NCBI RefSeq assembly: GCF_032191835.1
Contig: NC_083224.1
Coordinates: 174,902,001 to 174,966,000, forward strand
Reading direction: 5' to 3'
Origin: Heteronotia binoei
Taxonomy: Eukaryota
DNA length: 64,000 nt
In this document: in pieces, positions 11,440 through 24,415 of the stretch
Layout: each line of letters opens with the position of its first letter
Position numbering within the stretch: the stretch's first letter is position 1
Program-made: the position numbers and the translations under genes
Notes under the pieces: generated by a model
Database searches by the model: none
What the model was told of the DNA's origin: nothing
What the model saw: the letters and a program-made list of their open reading frames with translations, nothing else

Positions 11440-13960
11440 AGTGTCCTGGGTGGAGTCACCCACTTTCACATTTCATTGCCTGCTTCATTAAGCTTAATAG
11501 GCTTTTAGTTGGAGCCACTTAGCAAGTCCCCTATAACTGAGCAAGAGGCACCTAATACTACCTCTTTATACCTACTTCTTCTCATTGCTTTATTCTATAT
11601 CTCAGTGTCTCCTTTTGGCCTACTCCCCCCTTCTGAAGGTAGAGTAGCTGAGGACATGGAGAACTTTGACAAAGCCTTGGATGGGTTGATTTCCAAGATT
11701 TCTTCTCCCAAAAATGTGAGGGAGGGGTTACTCCCTGCCATGATGGAGCAAGCTGCTCAGTTTGACCACACCTTAGAGGATGCCTCAACAACTGCAAAGA
11801 ATTTCAGCAGGAAGATCTTCCAAACCAACAAAGATGGCAGGGACCAGACTTGGCACTCATGGCTGCAGCAGAGCAGTCAGGGAGACAGAGCACCACCGTG
11901 ACGCAAGGTAGACCACGCTAGAGATCTTTTCAAGGTTCCATTAGAAGATGCTTTTGTCACAGCTCTCCCATCAGGGGGCTTGGTTACTAAAGATGGGGAT
12001 GGTTCTTCTCATGACCAATTGCCACATCCTTCCTGTTTGTGAGAGCTTACATTGTTTTGTCATGGAATCTAATTTGCTAATTCTAGAGGACAACAAAAAA
12101 AGATCAGAGAAGCCCTGTCTTTCGATACCTTGCCCAAGATGTGTCCCCAAGGGTGTTCTCCAAAGTGATGTGACCTTCATTGCTCTTCTCCATCATCAGA
12201 GGATCTTTGTTCCTCTGTACTTGGATGACCTGCTGCTCAGATCTCTGAGCTTAATACAGCACACATGGACATTCTGTCCACTGCTCAAGACTTAGCTTGC
12301 CCTGGGTTCCTTTGTTCAGCCAAGAACAATCTGATTCCATCACAGCAGATAGAACACCTGGAGTCACAATAGATTCCTCGGTAAACAGGCTGTACCTACC
12401 AGAGGAGACGATCCCAAAAAAATCTCAGACATCGCAGAACATCTGATAGATTCTAGATCATTATCACTGATGACTCTGGCAGGACTGCAAGGCCTAATGA
12501 TCACTTGCCTGGACTCCTTGGGTGAAATTTCACTGCCGACCTCTGCAGTGGTTCATGAGACTTTTCCATCTGCAGATCCTTCAGAAGACACATTTGCTGA
12601 GGTCTCAACCTACCCTCTTCCACATGTGGTAGATCCAACAATGTAATCTGGCCAAGGGCAAGGAATACATCAACACAAATCTTGAAGTATTTGCAAGGTG
12701 ATGTCAACCAAAATGTGCTACACAGACAAATGGCAAGCCTGGTTACAATGATCCCACAAGATGATGGATGCTTGATATCCAAACATCCTCACACAGTCAG
12801 GTTTCTTAAAGGAGTAGCCCATGTCCAGCCCTCCAGTTATCTATAGAGTTCCTATGCAATTACACATAGGCCTTATGGCCCTCACTCAACCTCTATTGAA
12901 CCTCTGAGAGAAGTTCCATTAATGTTGACAGTGTAGATCCTGCTTCTGACAGCTGTGACTTCAACCAGAAGGGTTTCATAATCAGGAACTGTATCTACCA
13001 GAAAAGGTCTGTATGATTTTCATAAGGACAAAAGGGTCCTAAGAACAAATTCAGCATTCAATCAGAATATTTCCTTCCACTACTCTCAGGGAACATCATT
13101 GCTTTCATCCTGTCAAAACCTATCCCACCCCAAAGAAAAGGAGTGGCACACACTTAGATCTATATAAGTCACCCAGTATCAGTATGTAAAATGCACTCTC
13201 TTTTCATTTCAATGAGCCCATCCAACAATGGTCAGAATATGTCTAGAGTAGCATGTAAGACCTGAAGGCAGTACATCTCTCATGCTTACCAAGTCAGCAA
13301 GCTCCAGCTACCACCTGAAATTACAGCTCACTCAATTTCTACTGCTGCAGCTAACACAGCATTGGACGCTGCAGCTTCTGTTGGGCGGGGGGGGGGGGGA
13401 GACCCTGTAAGGTGGCCGTATAGCCAACTCTTATCAATCTTTGTCAGACACTGCAAAATGAATTCCCTTGCCTCAGCTGACACAGCCTTCAGAAGAAGGG
13501 TATTACAAGCAAGTGATGCAGGTGGACTGGTTTTCCCACCCATCATGAAATACATCTTTTGGACATCACATGTCAAGATGCTCACCCTTCAGAGTGAGAA
13601 AGGAAAATGGGCACTTACCATGAGCGTTCCTTCTGCTCTCAGGAAGGGACGGTATCTTGTCCCATCCTGATTTAAAGGGGTGGAAAACAAGCTATTTTCT
13701 CCATATTAATGCCTTCTCATTTCCTGTTCTAACATGTTTCCTCTTTCCTAAAATGTTGAATGGCTTACTTAGTATTTTAGTATAGATGCTGCTTCAGGAA
13801 CTACTAGACTAAGGAAAGTGGGTGACTCTGCCCAAGGAGACAGGAAGTCTGGAGGAATTTAATCCTCTCTCCTTGATGGATGGATGGATGGGAATCACCC
13901 ATGTCAAGATGTCCTCTTTTCCTCAAAGCAGAAGGAACCTTCACAGTGTGCTCATGTTCC
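11440..13960 (+). mobile_element. DIRS1-like tyrosine-recombinase retrotransposon relic, about 2.5 kb, internally deleted
   Basis: RT motif PRVFSKVM...IFVPLYLDDLLLRS (about 12140-12245); YR C-terminus AHSISTAAA...IFVRHCKMNSLASADTAFRRRVLQ (13325-13510); perfect 15-nt inverted repeat GAGTCACCCACTTTC (11453-11467) / GAAAGTGGGTGACTC (13814-13828); internal complementary region 13616-13660 vs about 13905-13950. Confidence 0.8.
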
Positions 13961-14206
13961 TTTTTCTTCTGCTTGTACAAGTAGATTTTTCTGAAAAGGA
14001 TGAACATTTTAAATTCTCAACAGAAAACTTTCTATTATGTATGGCATCAGATTTCATTAATTTTAGAGTTATGCCTTACTGACCACTATTTCCTACCTGT
14101 TCTGTTGTGAAAAAAGATGGACTGTAAAGAGCATTGTTTCTAGAACAGTCATGCATTCAATATTTTTTCACTTTGTACTAAGACTTTTATCTTTCTGTTC
14201 TTACAG

Positions 14207-14314
14207 AAGAGTAGCAGCTCTGAGTCGCTGAGTGACAAAGGTTCTGCTGAACTGAAGAAAAGTTTTGATGCAGTAGTATTCGATGTGTTAAAGGTTACAC
14301 CAGAAGAATATGCA
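14207..14314 (+). CDS. RALGPS2: RALGPS2 coding exon 2 (KSSSSESLSDKGSAELKKSFDAVVFDVLKVTPEEYA)
   Basis: 108 nt; acceptor ttacag, donor GCA|GTAAGT; start of the CDC25 RasGEF domain (VTPEE). Confidence 0.96.
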
Positions 14315-15784
14315 GTAAGTCATGCACAGATGGTTTTCTAATCTAACCACTTTAATTTCCCTGTGCTTGTAAACTCCTTCCGACTAACCTTGCAGTGTGT
14401 GGTGCATTTCTTGCAGTGATAATGATAGAAATGGGACAGATTATGGATGGAGGCTTAGGGGGTTCTCTCTCTTCCCCTCCCCCTCCAAATTTAGCATGTG
14501 GCAGTGTCTGCACTTTTTAAAGAAACGAAGAGAGTGTGCCAGGGAGTGATGAAGACTAACCAACCAACTATGAGCTAGAAGTATAGGGTCAATTTTATCC
14601 TTTGTATAGGAGTCCCTATTGGAATGTTCTTTAAGAGGCATCTGTTGACGGTGTCATTCCAGTTGCAGTCTCTTCTGATCCAAGCATATGTGTACATCAT
14701 TTTCTAGTACAATGTGTTAGGTGGACATTCTGTGAGTGGGAATTGTAGTGTGAGTTGTTGTTCTGTGTTCGAGTTTTAATCTTCTGGCTTGTTTTAGGCC
14801 CTTATAGATTAGTCATTAAAGCCATCACAGTTTTTGTGCTGCCTAAGTCCTGTCTCCCTCCTCACCTGGAGTTTTGATGAGGACAGTGGTGTGGGAGGAG
14901 ACGAGTGGTGTTGCCTTCTTCTGTGGCACTGCCCCACCAGAGGTGCTGACTGTGCTCCTAGGAGTTGTCTTCCTCCTGTGCTGCCACTGCCTGGGAGAAG
15001 TGATGGACTTCCTATACCTTTCCCATTGCCCTGCTTGTGGCAGCAAAATGCCTTGAGCCCACCCTGCTAGCTGCTAGCTGTACAATTTAAAATGATAAAT
15101 AAATGTATGGCTACATTTGTGTGAAATAATATATAAATACCAATTATTAAATCAGCAGTTGATTAGTAAGAATATGAAGTGGCGTTGTGTCTTGGTGGGC
15201 GATGCTATTACTATAATTTGCTCTCATTGAAAGCTTCACAGTGTAGTGTCCAGCCACTGCTTCAACAAATAGCCGCCTTGTTGCCTAGGTATGTGGCTCC
15301 TGCTGAGTATGTTGCATTTCTAAGAGACAGGGGTCTGAGTTGTTCCGATTTCCAGTAACACCCAAAAAACTTTCCTTTCCTATGTGCAAATGCTGTGTGG
15401 GAGAATTGTTCAAAAAGTTGCCAGAAAGATTGCTGGAGTGGTTGCAAACAGCTTACTTTTTGGAAGATTAGAAAGGCCTTGTGATTATTTTACTTTTCAG
15501 TCTGTTTACATCAAGTGCAGTATAAATATTTCTTTGTGCTTTTATTTACTCTCTTTAGAAGGTGTTAGTAAGGAGTAATGCTATAAAATACCAAATTCCA
15601 TAGAAGGCCTCAGCTTTTCGAGGATTAACACCATTTTAATTTGTTACTCTCGTATAGCAGTATTTAATTCCTTAATAAAATCCAGACATTTAATATTTAA
15701 GCTAAGAGGCTAGTGAAGAAATGTACTTACTAACAAAGCTGCTAAGTAAAAGATGATGAGACATTGTTTTAAAATTAAATTTGG

Positions 15785-15850
15785 AGGCTGGGATTGATTT
15801 ATGCTGCTTTCCCATGAAGGCTGAAATTGATTTATGCTGCTTTCTCATGA
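15785..15850. repeat. 33-bp tandem duplication, 2 copies
   Basis: aggctgggattgatttatgctgctttcccatga / aggctgaaattgatttatgctgctttctcatga. Confidence 0.85.
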
Positions 15851-17214
15851 TGAGTTTATCATTTACTGTATTTGCTAGAAAGGAAAACAATGTAGAATTT
15901 AAGACACTCCCTCCAAAAAGCTTATACATGAAAGATTTTTTAGTTTTGTACATAACTAATTTGTATGCAGATTTAAAATGGTCCTTTTTTGGGGAAGGGC
16001 ATGGGGGGGACAGGTCTTCCTTCAAGTAAGTTTATATAATAGACCCAAGGTGTTTCCAAAGGAGGTAATCAAGAATTTTCAATTTATATCCCGCCCTCCC
16101 CGCTGAGGCAGGCTCAGGGCGGCTCACATGCTCATGGCTATACATTAGTTTAGACATATGATAAACATAAAACAAAAACAATTTAAAACATAGAAATTAA
16201 CAATTCAGGTGCTATGATCTTAATTATGTTACCCTGCTACTCCTTCTAGACTGTTCTCCATAGAGCAGATCTTAATGGTCCAAATGTTCTATATGAAGCA
16301 GATTGCAAGAGGTAATCCAGATATTTTCAAAGTTGTTTCCTGAAAGATAGATGAACTTCTTTAGCATATCTTAGCCCTTTTCCTAGTATCTCTAATGTTT
16401 TAAGTCTGGTATAAACATTATACTTACAGCATTGGGTTTTCACATGACACATGTTCATTTGTAAAGATTACCATGTGCCTTTGTGTTGTTGCTAGCAAGC
16501 CACTTCATGAATCCATCTTAAGAATTCCATAGTGATTTTTTGGTTTTTTGCATTCTTCTTATCCCAGAACTTTGTTAAATTAGTATTATGTTCACATGGG
16601 ATGTGACTTTCAGTGACATGACATCATGTTCATCGGAATATGGTGGTCTGAGGCCAATCCAAAAAAATAGAGAATGATAGTAATAAAAGGGTAAAGTTTG
16701 GTGAGAAGGTTTTCTCTGATTGTGCTTGTACTTTACATATTGAATATACTGCATTTGGAAGCTCATTTTGATTTGGCTTAATTTTTTGTTCTAATTGTGG
16801 ATTGAGTTTTTTACCTCATCTCTTCTTTTGTCATTGTATTTTTCTCGATTTCTTATTTCTTTTGCTAGAGGCTTCACAGCGTCTCAATTTCTATGGGAAC
16901 ATGAGCAGTCCTTCTGAGTAGATTTCAGTTTCCCTGCTAGCAATTCTTTTGTTTAAAAAATGGCAGAGGCAAGGTTCCTGGGATGAAGAGAGATCTGCAG
17001 AGATGATAAGCTTTGAATAGCATTCAGAAATACATAGCAATTTCAGTGGCTGCCCAATATATGGAAGAAACAAGTATTTAGTATGGGCCTTGAGCAGTAC
17101 TGCTTCAACAAAGGCATCTAAATAATGGTGCCTGAAATAGTTCTGAGGTACAGCTAGATGTGAAATGTGTAGAGATCTCTCAGTAAGGCTTTTTCCAACA
17201 GGAACATCATGCAA

Positions 17215-17420
17215 AGGACCCAAATTCTGGCTAGTGTCGGACTTGATTCGAGTCCCCAGTTGTGTCATGGAAGCTCACTGAGTGACCTTGGGACAATCTT
17301 TCAGCCTAACTTACCTCACAGTGTTGTTGTGAGGCTAAAACGAAGAACAGCTGAATGATGTAAGCTGTTTTGAGTCCCTGTTGAAGAGTAAGATGGGATA
17401 TAATTGAATTAAATAAATGT
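17215..17420 (+). mobile_element. Old MIR-like tRNA SINE; similar degraded copies at about 2430-2810, 5020-5165, 11270-11390, 18480-18680 and 57250-57440
   Basis: B-box gattcgagtcccc, core gtgaccttggg...acctcacagtgttgttgtgagg. Confidence 0.65.
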
Positions 17421-20400
17421 GTGGATAGCAGTTAATGGGCAATGAGATGGAGCCATAAATTTGTGTTCTTTGATTAGCAGAGTCATGACTTTTGAGTACT
17501 AAAAAATGTGCAACTTGGGTGCCTGGGTCTAAAAACAGAAGTGTAAGTTTGCCTATTATGTTTCAGTGGATGATCTTGGTGAGGAAATTATACGGAATTC
17601 CCTGGATTTTAGTGTTTCTAACTTAATGTCAGTGGTCAAATGGAACTCCTAATAGTAAGCAGTATTTAATAGTCCCAATAATGACCAGGAATAGATTAGA
17701 TCTGAATTTAAGTGCATTGTCCATCAGTCAAAACTTGGGAGTGGTCCTCACCCACTGTTTGGATTGATTGGATTTCATTTCAAACTGGCTCCCCCTTTTA
17801 TTTGCAGCTTTCAGTATAAATGCAGCTGTCTAATAGATATATACTCTAATAGATATATATACACGCACCTGATAAAGTGGGCTTTTACTGAGAAAAGCTT
17901 ATCCTGGAATAAATTGTTGGCTTTTAAAGTGTCACTGGACTCATGTTTTGTTCTGCCAACAGTAAACAATAATAATATATATTAGCATAGCTAGGGTGAA
18001 ATACTAAATTATGGATTGTTGCTATGTTAGAGAGACTGGAAGAAGTTTTTGGGCTTATGTGTTGTGAGTTGTTGCCTGTTGTTTTTTTTGCCAAACCATA
18101 ATTTGTCATATCAGAACTGTGGTTTGTCCCTGAATTACATGGAAGCAAGCACAAATTATAACTTTCTTGCACAAATTATAACTTGCTTGTTTAAGTGTAA
18201 TGATAGACTGTGGTTAGCTTAAAAACAAGAAAAAGTCAATTTGCTTATGTTATGCATGGAATCAGGGAATAGGCAAGTCTAGGGTTTCTTTTTTATTATA
18301 TCAAATCATGGTTTGGCATTATGTCTGAATTGTTTTCATCTGTAATGTTTTCATTGTTTTCATCTGTAATTAACAATCTCAGCAATCAAATTGCCTCCTC
18401 TCTTGTGTCATCTCTCAGATAAATCACCTTTAATTCAGTGTCTGATATCTGTCATTGTTTAGAGAGATGTGTAGATTTCACATTTATTTACTTACTTCAT
18501 TTATATGCTGCCTTGTCCTTCCATTTTATCACTTCTCCACTTTATCCTCACAACAGCTCTGTAGGTTAGACTGAGTGTGTCTGATTGGCCCCAGGTTATC
18601 CCATAAGCTTTCATGGCAGAGTGGGGATTTCATCATGGGTCTCTCAGATCCTAGTCTGACACTTTAACCACCATACTACATGGTCAGTCTTCCTTTTAAT
18701 CAAGGTTATTTTAAGAAAGAGACATTGACTTATATCCTGCGGTTTTCTTCTGGGGAAAGCTTCTTTATCAGCAGAAATTGAGGGAATTTCTGCCCCCTGC
18801 CTCTGAAGATGCCTACTTTTCCCTCATCAAGCAGAAGGTCTTTGTGATCTTCTGGGGATGTGGGCAATTAGTCAGGCCTTGCTTAGGTACCGGGAGGCCA
18901 GGATCTATTTCCAGCTTGGCAGTGCTTGCTACCACCAATGTCACTTTCGCATTCTTTTGCAATATCTTGGCTCAGAGTATTCCTCTCCACATCACACACT
19001 CAATACAAGTCATCTTCATGAGGGCCTCTGTCCCCAGAAAAGAGTGGTCATTAGGCAGCATTAGTAAGGGTGAGACAGAAAAGTTGTATTATCTGAGGCT
19101 CCTGCTGCTTCCAGATCTTTTGATATAAGCCATTATGACTTTTTAAAGAAGTCAATCAGATTTAAATTAAACATAAGTTTGTTTGCACTGAAATGTATTT
19201 AGAGTTAAAATGTTAAATAATCATTGATGTGTCACTGAAATGGCTTAAATTGTTCCTTATGAATTAGGCTCAGAGCGATATTGTTGAAGACCAACTGTTG
19301 GAGGTTGTGGGACTTGCTTTTGAGAGAGATCATTGCACTGTTCCTGTAAAGGTTCATAGTCAGCGACTGGCTGCTATGGTTAAATTGGGGAGGGTTGGGG
19401 GGAGTTGAAACTAATCTGACAAAGAGAAGGTGATGTTAGTTGGAACTTATTTTAAAAAAATAAACCTATGGATAATTATTGGAAAAACTGAAAACAAGGC
19501 TTTAGTTCCAGGCCTTCGCGACTGTATCTTTGAGGCGGATGTTATGTCTTGTCATTTCTGTTTGAGATTTTACATTTTTAATGTGTTGTGTGTGTGCATG
19601 TATGTACATATTTATGCATGTATTTTAAAAAGCACCCTTAATGCAGTACAATGTGGAGAATTCTCATAAATACAAGATTGTGGAGAAAGAATTTCTGGCA
19701 TGAAAGTCTGTCATAAAACTGAAATATAAGAAATAATTAAAGTGGAGGGATTTTAAATTACAATTTGTTACCTCAGAATCAAATGACATATGTTCATTCA
19801 TTTTAGCTTTTAGGCAAAATTGCAAGGCTTGATTCGGGTTTGTTTTGGCATTATTGGAAAGACAAGAAGTATCTGGTATCTGAAATGGACTCCATAGTGG
19901 ATATATGCCTTGATATAGTTCGATTAAAAGCCAGAATTTTTAAAACAACTTAATCTGTGGATAGTTATTGTCCTCCTGTAATTTCTTGGTCACGGCTGGC
20001 TTCAAAACTGGTTTTTAAGGGTTACGGTTCAGTTGTGTTCCAGCGCCCTGGTTGGACTGCGGAAAAAATTAAACAGCATAATACTTTGTAGTCTTTCTGT
20101 GTGGAAATTTTCCTGCTAAATCCCAAGCCAGCAGTCACTGAACACTACATCCTCAGTAGAAGCACTACAGTTGTGGAATGCTTTCCAACGGAAGAATCAC
20201 CAAGCTCTTTTCTTAATCTTTTCTGGCAAATAAAAGTTCCTATTGCTAGGTTGTTGTTTTTATTAGCTGTTTTTTTAAAAAAAGTCTTGGCTTGCTCAGA
20301 CCAGAAATAGGCTTTTTTTGGTTGTTTCCATAGTATGTCATGTTTGTTTTGCCTTTGATTTTGTAGTTTTTAAAAAGGACCTTGATACTGTCAACTGCTT

Positions 20401-20490
20401 TGCATGCAGTTTTGTGGGAGAAAGTTAAGGTTTTTCAAAGTAAGGATGGCCTTGGTAGAATGTTCCTAAGGACTATCTAGTCCAGTATCC

Positions 20491-20626
20491 CAGGGGTGGC
20501 CAACGGTAGCTCTCCAGATGTTTTTTGCCTACAACTCCCATCAGCCCCAGCCAGCATGGCCAATGGCTGGGGCTGGTGGGAGTTGTAGACAAAAAACATC
20601 TGGAGAGCTACCGCTGGCCACCCCTG
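20491..20626. mobile_element. 136-bp fully palindromic hAT-type MITE
   Basis: About 60-bp near-perfect arms; perfect TSD CAGTATCC (20483-20490, 20627-20634). Confidence 0.92.
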
Positions 20627-21982
20627 CAGTATCCGATTTGCAGCTGTAATCATCTCTGTAAGGAAGCTCTATTCATAGTTGTTGCATTCAATAACTAGAA
20701 TGAAGCAATACTCCCAGTTGTGTTTTGTGTAATACAGTTATGACTTAAAATCTTATCCTGCCATTCTGGCAGAGTGCATTTCAGATGTTTGCACTATAGA
20801 GCACTCATGAATTTTATCTCCTTGAATAATAATTTTTGTTTATTTTTGTCTTTACTAAAACAAAACAAACTCACTTCCCTGGGAGAAACAAAGATTCTTT
20901 GAGTGCATGTGTACTCATCCTGCATTTCCCCCCTTATTTTTGAATTATTTTCACCCCAAATGCAAGAAAGAAATTTGGCAAGTAAAAATTCTGTAAGCAT
21001 TCCCAGCATTAACTATTGAAGGACATAACCCTTTCTTTTAAAACCCACCTGTGGTAGTGGGGCTTTCAGTGTGCAGAAAAAGATAACTAATGGGGATGGG
21101 TGTGTGAAGTTTATACAGTTATGTATGTATGGAGAAAATGGGTAGAGAATATTTCCCTCCCTTCTGTAGTTCTAAAAACATACAGGATAAATAATCATAG
21201 ACTCTGACTATCTGTGATCTAGCAGGTTGATTCCTAGATTGGTAGAGATGAATCTCAACATTTTTGTTGCCCAATTGCCTCAAGAAAACTTTCTGGAGCT
21301 TTTCTAGTTGCTAATAAATAGCGCAGGTACCAGTTGGATGTTCCATTGCTTAATTCCCACCACATTCTGTAGTTTCTTGATTTTTTTTGTCTTTTGCTAT
21401 CAATTCATAACTGCTTTGTATCATTATTGCTAATTTCCCTTACAATTTTTAGATCCTCTGAAGAAACTCCAAATCATCCCTTCCTGCAGCAGAATGTGGT
21501 AGAAATTAAGCAATGGAGCTTCCAAATCTATGCTATATATTTATAATGCACTAGAGAAAATATCCAAGTTATAAGCAAATAGTTGCTCATACAGTGTGTG
21601 TGTGGGGGGGTGTATTTTGGATTGGGAAGATGTGAGGCATGGGGTGTGTTTCCTTCCTATGCTGTGCATCAAATCCAGTTTGAGGCTTCACACATTGTTC
21701 GTAGACAAAATTTAAGATAGCCAAGGACAATATCCTTTAATTGTGCCATAATTTGAGTTACATTTTGCTTTTTTGATTTCCTGTCACCCATTATCACAGC
21801 AAACATAGGTATGAATGGTTCAGTTCCATTATGGGCTTATCCTCATCCCTCCCTTATCCAGTTGTGACAGCTTCAGTGTTAGGACATGGGCTGGAACATC
21901 CTCATTCTGATTACATGTTTATAATATGTAAAAAAAAGCCAACCTCAAAGGAAATTATACTACATCTTTGTTTTTTTTTTAG

Positions 21983-22033
21983 GGCCAGATAACACTAATG
22001 GATATCCCGGTATTTAAAGCTATTCAACCAGAG
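21983..22033 (+). CDS. RALGPS2: RALGPS2 coding exon 3 (GQITLMDIPVFKAIQPE)
   Basis: 51 nt; poly-T tract plus AG, donor GAG|GTAAGT; RasGEF QITLMD motif. Confidence 0.96.
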
Positions 22034-22533
22034 GTAAGTGTGTTTTTGTGAAACACTTTGATTTTTGTATAAAATAAGTTCTGGCTTTCTTTTGATGTCA
22101 ATCCACGTGCACATTCTGGAACTAAAAATTATTGTTCAGTGAATTTGTTGTCCACCTTTAATGGTTTTTAGATAGTTGGCTTTAAAATGTTGTCATCTTG
22201 TGTTATCAATATGACTGAAAAACGAACTGTTAGATGTAGGCTTGTGCCAGTAATGGTTATATATATATATATATATATAGTCCAGATTTCTAGCCTTTTT
22301 AATCTTAGGGGCTCACCTGCATACCAGCTGCAGATAAAATCTTTTGAAGCTTTTGTATTTTCCCATATCAGCTTGAATAAGAGGGAAACATTCTTGATTC
22401 TGTGAATCTAAACATCTGTGATAACCAAGGGTTTATCTATTAGGGAAGTATTAGTTCAGTTTAAATATTTTTTAAAAAATGTGAGAAACTAAGCTGCCAA
22501 TACATCTGTCCCATCTAGGTAAAAAAAATTGTT

Positions 22534-22620
22534 GGCAAAAACCCGTTATTTGCCCCATTGCAGTGTAAACCTGAAAAAACAGTTTGCACTGCGGTGGGGC
22601 AAATCATGGGTTTGCCCCGC
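22534..22620. repeat. CpG-rich imperfect hairpin, probably a MITE remnant
   Basis: atttgccccattgcagtgtaaac-ctgaaaaaacag-tttgcactgcggtggggcaaat. Confidence 0.55.
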
Positions 22621-23031
22621 GCAAAATGCTGGCGCAGAGCAACTGCTGCAAAATTGCCAGCTTGCTCCGCCCCAAAATGGAAGCCCGCCCCGGACCAACA
22701 TGAGTGCAGAATCACTCTTAGTTTCATACCCACAATTCTGAAACAGAGCTGGTGTTAGTTATCAGTATCTTGTTCAGGATGGGGGAACCTTGTGACTCCC
22801 ATATCCACTGCTTTTATTTCCTTACAAAAGCCCACATTCAACTTAATTCACTTTATTTTTAAATTCATAAATAATCATATCACTGTGGATTGGATCCTGG
22901 ATTCTTATGTTGAACGTAGACACCAGATTATGCACTTGTGTGCACACACTCATTTTGAACCTGCATTTCTTAGGCAGTCAGTGTTCTATTTAGACATCAG
23001 TGCTGATGCTTTGAGCAGAGGTCCTGTGGAG

Positions 23032-23242
23032 TAGCGGTCCCCAACCTTTTTGGGACCAGGGACTGGTTTTGTGGAAGACAATTTTTCCATGGACCGGGGG
23101 TGGTGGTGGTGGTGGTTTTGAGATGGTACAATTGTGCATTTTATTTCTATTATTACATTGTAATATATAGTGAAATAATTATACAACTCATGGCCCGGTT
23201 GCTAACAGGCCATGGACTGGTACCTGGGGGTTGGGACCCCTG
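23032..23242. mobile_element. hAT-Charlie MITE resembling MER1/Charlie3/OposCharlie1
   Basis: Ends tagcggtccccaacctttttgggaccagggactggttttgtggaagacaatttttcc and gggggttgggacccctg; TSD CTGTGGAG/CTGTAGAG. Family assignment from recall. Confidence 0.8.
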
Positions 23243-24331
23243 CTGTAGAGAGTTTCTTAGTGAGCTGATGGTTAGAATTAGAATGTCATGTCTCAGTAAC
23301 TATTAATTTTAAATGTTTAGTTTATTTTAGACATTTTTTGCCTCACCTTATCTCCTTTGATTTAAGCCAGCAAAGGCAAGCAGTAATCCGGTAAACAAAA
23401 GTAAAATAGATTAAAACACATAATTAACCAAATTAAAAGCATTCCAACTTGAGACACATGGGATCATTAAGTAGTATACACAGGCTGGACATAAACAGCG
23501 AGCATTTGTGCTTTTAGTTTCTGGTGCTGCGAATCAGAAGAGACTGTGTTTGCATAAATATTTTAAAGATACTGCTCATTTTGCCTATAGGCTTTGAGCA
23601 GTGTCGTACTAGATTAAAAAAATAAAACCCAACAACAGCAAGTAATTTAAATATCCAACTAGTTATCATGCTTGAGATCCATTAATTATGTGAACAAAGA
23701 ATTTTGTTACAGCCAGTGTAACTCCTCTAAGTCCATGCCTGCCAAGAGTTACTTAACCTTTTCTGATGTTAACATCTTCTCATTATCACAGAAAGGAGGA
23801 GTGATCCACAAATCCCTAGTATTGCAGAAGGTACCAGATTCCAATAAACAGTGCTCTGAAGTTTCTATCTGTCCCAAAGAACAGTAATAAAGTCTATCAG
23901 AATATGAGGTCCTTTGCGTGCAGCCTTTGCTTAAATACAGTGCAAAAGTGGGGGGGGGGGGGTGGGGGGTGGGTGGGTTAAGAAGTAAAGTACAGAAATG
24001 TGAAGAAGCAAGGCTGACATTTGTTGCCTAGTTTCATAAATGGACCTATACCATGTATATGTGTGCTTTCCTGCCTGAAGTTTCTTGTATTGCTAAAGTC
24101 GTAGGCTGAATTTAAGCACATCAAACTTTAATAGAAAAAGACTCCAGGACTCTCATTTCTATCCAACAAAAGCAGTTTAATCACTGCTTCTTACATTCTT
24201 CTCAGTTTTATGTTTTGACTTCAGTGATAAAAGAGAACTGGTCTCATGTTTAGAAATATGTGCAGTGGCATTAAGCTCGATGGAGATAAACAGTTATATC
24301 AGTCTGAAGCTATTTCTCACTTTTTGTCCAG

Positions 24332-24415
24332 GAGCTGTCAAGCTGTGGTTGGAATAAAAAGGAGAAATATAGCTCTGCTCCAAATGCAGTTGCCTTTACG
24401 AGAAGATTCAACCAT
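24332..24415 (+). CDS. RALGPS2: RALGPS2 coding exon 4 ([28 protein letters not shown])
   Basis: 84 nt; acceptor tccag, donor CAT|GTAAGT; RasGEF W..K...APN...F..RFN pattern. Confidence 0.96.

Noticed and set aside
18140-18370. Short local tandem duplications (also 7055-7085, 32670-32720 and 53446-53490)
   Set aside because: Ordinary slippage duplications of 15-30 bp without spacer structure; not CRISPR-like.
19130-19420. Possible conserved non-coding element
   Set aside because: It looks non-repetitive, but conservation cannot be judged without alignments.
23950-23978. G-rich tract with G-quadruplex potential; other poly-G runs at 8161, 13388, 26618 and 28810
   Set aside because: Homopolymer G/C runs are frequent throughout the window and length-unreliable; nothing singles this one out.
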